Positions 51,845 through 64,000 of a stretch of 64,000 bases of DNA are shown piece after piece. How positions within the stretch are numbered: position 1 is the first letter of the stretch; the number at the start of each line of letters is the position of its first letter. The DNA comes from the human T2T-CHM13v2.0 reference genome, Homo sapiens. Under the pieces are notes generated by a model. The model made no database searches, had not been told where the DNA came from, and worked only from the letters and a program-made list of their open reading frames with translations. The DNA lies in NCBI RefSeq assembly GCF_009914755.1, contig NC_060937.1, one strand, 5' to 3'. Made by a program: the position numbers and the translations under genes.

Positions 51845-53644
51845 AAGCCTAACTGAATTTTCTTATTTAAAAAGAATTCTTGTATTTCAAAAGAAGTTAG
51901 TTTACTACAAAGTAATATAAACATATCTGACAAAATGAATTGTCATTAGGAATATAACTGAAAGAACACCCACTGCTATAAAAATGCGAGTATATATAAA
52001 CATAAACATGCTTAAATAGTCAATTATTTGGTAAAGATAACTGAAAATGGTCTCTGCAATTAATCTGGACAGTAATACCATAATCTGCATGTTGGTAATA
52101 GCAATTTTTAAAATTAACATGTTAGACCTATTAGAAAAAAAAATAGTTCCACAATGGGGCCAATATGTTCATGTAAATAACAGAAACTTTGTCATAATAA
52201 ACGTTATGTCATAATAAGTAAGTTAAAACTATATATTCTGGTTAAAACAAAAGCCTATATAAATATATTCTAACAAGTAACTGTGTGACATATCAGTTAC
52301 TTGTAACCTTTAATGGATTCATACGCTCTTTTAGATTAAAACATGTCCCTTTAAAGAGGAATTCACTGACTGGGTCACATAAACTTTTGTTTCTTTTTTA
52401 CATTATGAAATTATTCAAATTATCCCAGGCTCCAAAACCCTCTCTCTAAAACAAGCCTCGAGGGGAATTGCCTAATTTCAAAGGTGTCAAGCATCCGGCA
52501 GGCATCAAGGGATAAAGGCCTGTTCTCCAGGTGCGCAAGCCAGAATTGAGAATAAATTTGGGTCAACATAGATAACATAGTAGGTCCTGAGGAATTACCC
52601 CATCAGAGAAGGACAGTGGATGAGACAGCCTCCTGATACAAGCTGATGTCAGGAGTCTCTGATGTAGGTAGAAGAGTCATTGAAAAGATTGCTTGTCATC
52701 ACGACGATTCATTAATACGTACAGTAAAGGACCCAGCACAATCAGTTAAAGAACCAAAGAGACCAAATACTGCTACCAAATAACCAAAGAAACAAAAGCA
52801 CAATGAAATCTTTTAATAAACAGAAAAGGACACAATTCTTTCTATCATGAACTGTTAGGTACATGGCCTCTGCCCATGAAACGTGTTCCTCTTCCTGGCT
52901 AACCCTGCTTATTTTCCAATAAAAGTATGAATTTTGGACCTTTTCTACAGTGTTACTCAGCCTCACCTCTGTTTTCCCACGGCACCCTGACCAGAGCTTT
53001 ATCCATTCATTTATGTTCTATTTCATTTGCTTAACAAGATCTTCCCACCAGAGAGAGAGAAGCCTAATGCTGGAGACTTTGTCTTAACCATGTTAGTTCT
53101 CTCAGTGCTTAGCATGTGGCTGGCTGACTCTCAGCAAGTGAAGGAATGGGTGAATACCTGCATAGTGAATAATTATTCAAGAGCAGAGAAATGAGACCAT
53201 AGCTCTGGTATTAACAAGTTGTGTGACTTTCAGAATCACTTCACCGATCCAGGCCTTCAGATAAAAAAGATGAGTAGCAATTGGGTAGGCAGTCAGGAAA
53301 GAGAATGCCCCAGATGGCAGAAAGGGAATTTGAAAACGGAGATTTAAGCAAGCAAAGTACATTAATGAAACAGCAAATTATTTGGTAATCTTAGATGTTC
53401 CTCAAACTTTCTGCTTTTGACTTTTCATACAACCCTCAATATTCACACTATATGTCCTAGATGTGTGCAATTCAGTGGTCTAATCTGGACTTCCAGATAA
53501 AAGGCCAGCAAGGCTGACTTCCAGCTCTTCCAAGATGGCCCCGCAGGACAGTAGCCAACCATTCACCAGCTTGGCTCCCATTGCAATGTGTGTGCGATGA
53601 TTGGAAGATGTGATGAATTAATTACATCTTTTTCCTTTTTTTAG

Positions 53645-53754
53645 ATCTTCCGTAAGCTCTGACTGCCATGTGAGAGAGGAACGGGCATCACCTGAAGGAA
53701 AGGATGATGTCTCAGGACTTTCTAAGAGCAACAGAATGTTGGAAACTATCCATG
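53645..53754 (+). other. Candidate 110-nt internal exon (coding status unknown)
   Basis: Acceptor CTTTTTCCTTTTTTTAG|AT, donor CATG|GTAGGG, one frame without stops. Confidence 0.3.
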
Positions 53755-54009
53755 GTAGGGATGCAGTTGGCTAGTTACAATGCTTGACATCCCTTCATCT
53801 AGTGGCCATGGGACTCCAAGGTATCTTTCCATAAAGAACCAAAGCCAAACTCACAATCTGCCTAAACTGCTATTCTCAGCTTTCAAGAGGAAGATGACTG
53901 TTAATACCCAAGAGTAAGAATAAGAAGCAAGGGTTCTATAGCTAACTCATGCCTTCTTTCCACAGCTCACTCTTATTCAGCAATATGGGCTCCCTTAGCT
54001 CCAACCCTC

Positions 54010-54361
54010 AAATCCCCACCTGGGCACCTTTACCTTGTTCTCTCTCCACCCTGGGACACTCTCTCCTGCCTATTAATGAGGCAGGCTCAGTCTTATGCTT
54101 TATAGCTCAGTCATCTACTTAAGGAGGCCTAAAAGCTCTGTCCAAAGACAAAACCTCCATCCTAGCAAGATAGTCTGCCTTTGTTTACTTCATAGCATAT
54201 ATCCCAATCCATAATTATTTTTATATTTGTTTCCTATTTACTACCTATATCCACCACTAGCATGGATACTTTTAAGCTACTTGATCATCTACTATATCCC
54301 CAGAGCCATGAAAACATCATACATAGTAAGTGCTCAGCAAATTACTTGCTGAATGAATGAA
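54010..54361 (+). mobile_element. L2 3' end
   Basis: Ends ACATAGTAAGTGCTCAGCAAATTACTTGCTGAATGAATGA. Confidence 0.75.
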
Positions 54362-55057
54362 GTATATCCATATAGACTGAAGCAAAATCTAAGACATTCC
54401 TCTAAATTTAATATTTGTAAGATTTTTTTTAAATGACAAGATTTTTATGTATGACCTGTGATCATTTTAGTATATTCATAACATGTGGATGTATGCAGAA
54501 GATGGACTCATTCCACACAAAAATGCCATTGTACAAATACTATCTGTTGAGGCAGCCCAGCAGCTACTACACGACAAATAGGAGGCAAAAATAATATTGC
54601 AAATCACCACAGCTATAGAGAAAACATAGTATCACTTACATCATATTGATGTAAGCTGAAATCTGTCCAGAGCTGAGGCTAATCATTTGTGAAAAGCAGC
54701 TGACAATATAGAAAGAACAAGCATCTAAGTTATATATGAACTATTTTCACCATTCTCCTTATAAAGTTTTAAAAATAATATGAAAACCAGCAGGATTGCC
54801 TGAAATGTGAAAAGAACACTGACGATTTTTATTGTGATTTTTAGTGGAAACATTTTAGTTATGTAAAAACTGTTAAAGGGATAGTCTTTGTACCCTAAAA
54901 AAGAACTCTGCTGAACATTGTCATTCACATATATATATATACATCTGAGATATTTTATTAGGATGCATTCCTATATTAGGAATTACAGAACTAAAGAGGA
55001 TGGACTTTTAACATATATTTTAACATAGCTCTCCAGAAATAAAAAGTTCTTGACCAC

Positions 55058-55476
55058 TGATGGAGTCCGGATATTTGTCCTCATCCAAATCTCATGTTGA
55101 AATGTAATCCCCAATGCTGGAGGTGGGGATTACACTTCAACAGGAGATTTGGGAGGTATTTGGATCACGGAGGCAGATCCCTCATGAATGGCTTGGGCCA
55201 TCCTCTTGGTGATGAGTGAGCTCTTCTTCTGAGTGTATGGCACCTTACCCCCAACTCTCTCTCTTTTGTTCTGGCTCTGGTCACGTGACAAAGACTGTTC
55301 CTTCTTCACCTTTCACCATGATTGTAAGCTCCTGAGGACTCCCCAGAAGCCGAGCAGATGCCAGAACCATGGGTCCTATAAAGCCTGAAGAATCATGAGC
55401 CAATTAAACCTCTTTGTTTTATAAATTATGCAATCACAGGTATTCCTTTATAGCAATGCAAGAATGGTCTAATATA
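55058..55476 (+). mobile_element. MSTB-like MaLR solo LTR with internal inverted duplication
   Basis: GGATATTTGTCC...CCAAATCTCATGTTGAAATGTAATCCCC start, GCAATGCAAGAATGGTCTAATATA end. Confidence 0.9.
55085..55152. repeat. Inverted repeat, 29-bp arms (27/29 complementary), 10-nt loop
   Basis: CCAAATCTCATGTTGAAATGTAATCCCCA-ATGCTGGAGG-TGGGGATTACACTTCAACAGGAGATTTGG. Confidence 0.95.
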
Positions 55477-55499
55477 ATCAGTGACACTAATCATCAATA

Positions 55500-55990
55500 T
55501 TATCTTATTAATTTTCCCAGTTTATTCAACATCAAAACCAGTACATTTTAGTTAAACTCACATTAAATGTTTGTATTTTTTTCATTTTATGAGTTGTCTG
55601 TCTGTATTTTTTTCCACTTTTATCTCAGTATGCTCATCTTCTTTTGTTGTTGTTTGACTGGAATACGTGTTGCAAGTAATTTTTCCAGCTTCTCATTTGC
55701 ATCTTTTTTATGATGGTGTTAGATATGCCAAAGTTTTGTGTCATGTGAAGTATTATCTACTGATACTCCCCTTAGAATTTTTAAAAATTAATTTTATGCT
55801 TATAAACTTCTCTGCCATTTTGCAATCTTCTATTTACGTATTTGTTTTCTAGATGACTAACATGGCTTTTTCACAATCAAGTTCATAACGCAGCTGAATT
55901 TGCATACTTACCTAACTTGAAAATTTTCTCTCAAATAGTGAGTTATCCTAGAAGCATTTAATGGAAAATGCTTTGTTTCTTAACTGACTT
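55500..55990 (-). mobile_element. Old L1M fragment
   Basis: Degenerate antisense ORF2-like sequence (GTGTTGCAAGTAATTTTTCCAG...). Confidence 0.5.
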
Positions 55991-57187
55991 ACAAGCTACC
56001 CTTTTGTATACTAAATCCTTTGATGTGCTAGGTTCTCCTCCAAGTTTCTTGCAGACAACCAAGAACAAAATGAAAGAGAAAGAAAGTGAACAAAAGTAGA
56101 GTTTAAAAAGCTACAGCCTTTCAAGGTCAACATTTTAAAGTAAAACAGCATCTTTTTCTTTGAAATCTTATGGATTCCCACAGTGTAAAACATGCTTCTA
56201 TCTAATAATCAGTATTAAAGAATCTATTAAGAAATTTCAATGATTTTTGTTTCCCTTGGCTGAGCTCTCATTATGGACTGTTTTGCTGCTTCCTTTCTCT
56301 ATGAAGAAAAATCATTCATTGCTAGTGTTTTCTCAGTGTTACAATGCTTTTCCAATAAGCGTTCATTCTAGTGGTGTGTGCTTCCTCATCAACAAACATG
56401 AAATTTATCTTCTTAAATATCAAGAGTTCAGGTTATTACAAAACCTAAGGCTTACAGTGTGGTATAGTCCAAAATCATACTCCATAAACTACTGGAAAAT
56501 TAATCAAATTATATTACATGAAGTTTTTATATACTCATATCTTTTGACTTGAGGTATTTCAAATATTTGAGAATCTCTTATAGACCTCATTTCAACTTTA
56601 ATTTTTCTGTCTCATGTGTTTGGTCCATTTATGTGATTTGCCTGGGACATTAATGAAATTCTCAAGAATGTTAATTTTCAGAAAATATAAATCCCTGAAA
56701 AGTTAGCAATTTAGAGATTATTCAGGAATATAATATAATTTTGTGCTAGTTTCTAACGTAATATTGCAATTATATTAACTGAAGACAAAATATTGCCACC
56801 TAGACTTCAAAAAACATCTTAAAGGTAGTTGCAGAACTGTTAAGAAAACAACCTAAAAACAGTAGCCATTAACATATTAAAAATGATATAAAAATTAAGA
56901 ATACATGCTAAGCTGGAAATTTAAAACATCATTTAGAAACCAGACACTTTGACTGGAGGCAGCTGTTGCCTCTCTTTTTGACTTAAACTTTTATTTAACT
57001 CATTCTACTAAAATTAATATCCCCACGAAAAGAGAGTTATAACCATAACTTTTAATGAGGCTCAGTTTTGCCCCTTTCTTTTTTCTCTGTTTTACATATT
57101 TTGTTTGTAAAGTGACTGTTAGAAACATTTATAGAAATTTACACATTTGAAATGCAGAGTGCTATAATTACGTGAGTGTATGTTCTT

Positions 57188-57526
57188 TGCTATGGTTTGA
57201 ATGTCAGATCCTCCAAAATTCATGTTAAAACCAAATCACCACAGTGACAGCATTGAAAGACAGGGCCCCTGGAAGGTGATTAGGTCATGAGGCTCCTTCA
57301 CCATAAATGGATAAGGCCCTTCTGAAAAGGGCTTTCAGGTCTCTGCCATGTGAGGACACAGCCTTCCTCCCCTACAGAGGAGGCAGCCCTCATCCAACAA
57401 CCGAACATGCCTGCACCTTGATCTTGGACTTCCCTGCCTTTTGAAAGGTAAGAAAATAAATTTCTGTTCTTTATAAAGTACACAGTGTATGGTATTTTGC
57501 TACAGCAGCACAAACAAATGAAGATA
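57188..57526 (+). mobile_element. MLT1A/MSTD-like MaLR solo LTR
   Basis: TGCTATGGTTTGAATGTC...GCAGCACAAACAAATGAAGATA. Perfect TSD TTCTT at 57183-57187 and 57527-57531. Confidence 0.9.
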
Positions 57527-57989
57527 TTCTTTAATAACTGTTCAAATTAGAGATTCTGTGAATCACATAATTACCAGGAAAGGACTTGAGGAAGTATTCC
57601 AAAGGCCATCTTTCAGAAAACAAAACAAAACACACTCTCCAACAAAGCAACACCCCCAAATCTGTCTTTTGTTGAGGGTCTGTGATGCCTAACATGACAC
57701 CATCCAGGATCATGTCTTCCGTTAAGGTCTCAGGAAAAGCTCAATACTTCTAAGGGAGTGTCTTTGTCATTGAACATAGGTAAAATCAGTTCTACAAACT
57801 GTTTGAAAATATAGAGTTAACATTAATGGGAAATGGGGAGGGGGAGAGACAAAAAGATCTATTATGACTTGGGGAGAACCAGGGGACCAAATATCCTGCA
57901 AAGAGGAAAATTACCTGTAAAAGGGAGAGGGAGACTGAAGAGAGCAGAGAGAAATGGAACGTGAGAGGGAAATCCAGGGTAATGATATA

Positions 57990-58163
57990 AAAATGTGGTC
58001 ATTGGCCCAGTGGCATCAGCATCACTTGGAAATGTGTGTGAGATACGTAGGTTCTGGGCCCTCCCCAGACCTATGAAATCAGAAACTCTGCCGTGGTGCC
58101 CAGAGATGTATTTTCACAAGCCCTTCAGATGACTCTGGAAAGTACGATCTTTTTAGAGCCACA
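57990..58163. mobile_element. MER5A (hAT-Charlie)
   Basis: GCATCAGCATCACTTGGAAA...GGGCCCTCCCCAGACCTATGAAATCAGAAACTCTG. Confidence 0.8.
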
Positions 58164-58372
58164 AACATGTTTACTTCAGAATTTTTGCCTCATCTTCCAA
58201 TTAAAAACAATTTTAAAATTGCTAAAATATGTTTATATTTATTTTGATGCATATTAACATTTTCCTCTAAGAAAAACTATTTGTAATTCAGTTAAAAAAA
58301 GAACAAAAGGAGAGAGATGGGGAAAAGAGGAGCAATAAGGACAAAAGTTAATATGAAATACTAATGTTATTT

Positions 58373-58501
58373 TTTGTTTTCTTCCATCTTTTATTAAGTT
58401 CAGGTGTACATATGCAGAATGTGCAGGTTTATTACATAGGTAAATGTGTGACACAGTGGTTTGCTGAACAGATCAACATATTACTTAAGTATTAAGCCTG
58501 G
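58373..58501 (-). mobile_element. Very short L1PA (PA8-13-like) 3' end
   Basis: TTATTAAGTTCAGGTGTACATATGCAGAATGTGCAGGTTTATTACATAGGTAAA. Probable TSD AATGTTATTT/AATGTTAATT. Confidence 0.85.
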
Positions 58502-58900
58502 AATGTTAATTTTATAATATACAAATAAGCCAGTATTTCCTACATTTTAGCTGAGGAATTTGTTAAAACATGCAGACCTCAGGCATCTCTCTCAGGGATC
58601 TGGGTTAAGCAAGTACAGTGCTGATGCTGACTGTATTTCAGACAAAACACTAACAGTGACTCTGAAGCAGGAGACCCCTGAACTACTCCATGACAACCAC
58701 TGACCTGAAGCTTCTCCTCTGGATGGAAAGATAATTATTCTTTTGATTGTATGGTAAAGTACAGAGTATTCAGTGTGAAGCATTTTTTTCTTCTGACTCA
58801 AACGCATCCACATACCAAGATTTCTGCAGGTTGTTGGTGTATAATTATTTGCCTCAAAGCTTTTAAGCATCCAGATCAGCCATTTTTAAAGGAGTGTTTC

Positions 58901-61160
<2,260 letters not shown>

Positions 61161-61640
61161 AAGGGAGTGTTTCATATGCACTTTCTTAGCCCAATTTGGA
61201 AACTAACTTAAACATGTATTCCCCTCTTATACATGCCACTAGTTTTATAACTGAGATGTAATATTTGATTAATATTTAGCTTTACTAATATAACTTTTTA
61301 TTTAGTGAATGGAATCAATTTTTCATCATGCCAATGAAGGATATGAATGGAACTGAGATTTGTTGAACACTTGATTTCTATAGTAACAAAGTAATTTGTT
61401 TTTCACTTTGTCATTGCCACAATATTTTTACAGATTCATGCTAATAATGATACAGTTGTCGTCTTATATCGGAATGTGAAACTCAAAAGCCTTCAGGGAC
61501 CATCCAGACAATAAGAATGAGAAGCAAACTAGGAATCCACAGAGACCCTGAGGATGTGGTCAGCTTCACAGTCCAGACTCCAGGCAGTGGCACTGAGTGT
61601 GGCAATGCACAGCACACAGTAAGTGGGGCCAAATTCTTCA

Positions 61641-61958
<318 letters not shown>

Positions 61959-62430
61959 CAAATTCTTCAAACTTTCCAGAGCAACAGTAATCTTAATTAA
62001 TGTAGTGAAATTGTCTGATTTGTGAAGATTTTCCAGATCCAATAAAATATGATTGAAGACCACAATTGACTTTCAATTCTTCTATTTTCTACATCTGACC
62101 AACTTGTGCCATATATTCCAATCAAGCCATGTAATAAATGCATTTCTTTCTATTTGTACAATCCATATCCTTTATTTGGAAAACTTCTTTTCACTCTTCA
62201 TGCTACCTTCTCTGTAAGTCTTTCATGGATCGGTAATCCTTGAACCATTTTCTTTTGAATCCCCCCTTACCCACAAAGTGTATTTTATAAAACATTTCCA
62301 TTTGCAAAGATTTAATCGGCATAATCCTACAACATAGACAATGTTACTTTTCTTATGTTAAAGGTGAAACCATTGGAGCTCAGGTTAAATTACCTTTCAA
62401 CAAGCCAAGTAAATGAAGGACCTACATGGA

Positions 62431-62628
62431 GTTCTAATCATATGATCTCATAAATTCTGTTTGTCATTGGACAATATATCTCAAGATTTTGTCATTCAAA
62501 TCAGACCTCAGTTCAAACACTGATTCTTAGTTCTAATCATATGATATCATAGATCCTGTTTCTCATTGGACAATATATCTCAAGATTCTGTCATTGGAAT
62601 CAGACCTCAGTTCAAACACTGATTCTTA
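62431..62628. repeat. 99-bp tandem duplication (2 copies, 92/99 identical)
   Basis: 62431-62529 and 62530-62628 align without gaps, with 7 substitutions. Confidence 0.97.
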
Positions 62629-62800
62629 CCTGAAAACTTGAGAAAAATTGCTTAATTTCTCTAAGCTACAGTTTACTTCTCACTAACATGGGGATCCTAT
62701 CTGTTCCACAAGATTGTTTTAAGAATTATAATAGATAATATTTATAAACGGTCCAGCATAGCACTTTAAATATAGTTAATGGTCAATATAGCTTAGCTTT
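62590..62800 (+). mobile_element. MIR
   Basis: GGAATCAGACCTCAGTTCAAAC...CTTAATTTCTCTAAGCTACAGTTTACTTC...ATGGGGAT. Confidence 0.7.
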
Positions 62801-63034
62801 CATAAAAATAATTTAGAAATTACTTAATAAATAGTACCCATTCTTATTATAATTATGATCATCCATCCATCCATCCATTCATTCATTTTGCTCTCAAATA
62901 TCTATTTAGTATTTATCTCACTCAAGAAATTTTGCTAAACCTTTGGTAGGTATACATTAGTAAACAACACACATGTGAACTTCTTATTTTTAATACATCA
63001 CTGGAATTTGGGTACTAGGCTGTGGTAGGCTATT

Positions 63035-63425
63035 TTCTTAGACCATTTTCCATTGCTCTAACAATGGAATATCACAGACTGGTCAATTTATCAAGAAAAT
63101 AAGCTCATTCAACTTATGATTCTGGAAACTGGGAAGTCCAAAATCATGGCATCAGCATCTGGTGAGGGTCATCCCATGACAGAAGGATGGAAGGCAGAAG
63201 CAAGCGTGCAAGACAGAGCAAGAAGGAGAAGCATACTCACTTTTACAACCATCCATTCTCACAACAGCAAACCCACTCCCACGATAATGAAACATGAATC
63301 CATTGAAGAGGGCTCTGCCCTTGTGAGTCAATCACCTCTTATTAGCCCCGCTTCTCAACACTGCTGCATTTGAGATTAGATTTCCAACACATGAATTTGG
63401 GGAACACATTCAAACACCTTCAGCA
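63035..63425 (-). mobile_element. MST (MSTC/D-like) MaLR solo LTR
   Basis: TCTTAGACCATTTT...GGGAAGTCCAAAATCATGGCATCAGCATCTGGTGAGGG...CACATTCAAACACC..AGCA. Confidence 0.85.
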
Positions 63426-63959
63426 TAGGGTTGACAATCAAAGAATGTTTGCTCAGTTCAACTTAATTTTCTAAACTTATTTTTCATCTATAAAATGGGG
63501 AGAAATAAGAGATGTTTTATGAGATGACTATTAAAAAACAATACATTAATATTCTGAAATAGTATAAAATACACAAAATATTTTATATAGAGTTAATTAA
63601 ATGACTGTGTTAACATTATTTGGATATTTACTGACTTGCAATGGCTCTTTGAAATGTTCTAAATCATATGACTTATATGTTTATACTTGCAGTGGTTATG
63701 ACTTTGTGTCTAAATCATAATTGGTGAAGCTAAGACTCAAATTCAGTTCTATGACTCCAATTCACAAATTCTTGACTAGTATGAAGTGCTGGTTTTGCTA
63801 TACATTACTGAGACGTATAAACTTACAGTCTTATTTCTAATGTTCCTAAAGATAGCATAACTGTAATAGTTGATGAATAGCTCTAATTAATAATTTCTTA
63901 AAATATCATTAAAAACAAAACAAGAGGAAAACGACAATAGATACCCATCAGCTTCTGAT

Positions 63960-63961
<2 letters not shown>

Positions 63962-64000
<39 letters not shown>
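63962..64000. repeat. (AC)n microsatellite reaching the window end
   Basis: About 18 AC units. Confidence 0.96.

Overview
AT-rich, CpG-depleted primate (most likely human) DNA: it carries Alu J/S elements, L1PA elements and THE1/MST LTRs. It looks like a gene desert or a very large intron. I recognise no host protein-coding gene, tRNA, rRNA, snRNA, CpG island or CRISPR array. Every long ORF with a recognisable product is a broken LINE-1 ORF2 fragment; most of the other ORFs are Alu/LTR read-throughs or chance ORFs. A large part of the window is interspersed repeat: L1, Alu, L2, MIR, ERV1/ERVL/MaLR solo LTRs and hAT DNA transposons. I found no evidence for an undescribed biological system. The most notable items are local: (1) a 29-bp-stem hairpin inside an MSTB LTR that looks like a template-switch product; (2) two independent 5'-inverted (twin-primed) L1 insertions; (3) two tandem Alus sharing a triplicated target site; (4) an L1PA3-like element nested in a MaLR LTR; (5) a 99-bp tandem duplication; (6) a perfect RFX X-box in an ERV1 LTR; (7) a perfect 24-bp palindrome; (8) one well-formed 110-nt candidate exon. 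Subfamily names come from my recollection of consensus sequences and need RepeatMasker/Dfam confirmation. Boundaries of old repeats are approximate.
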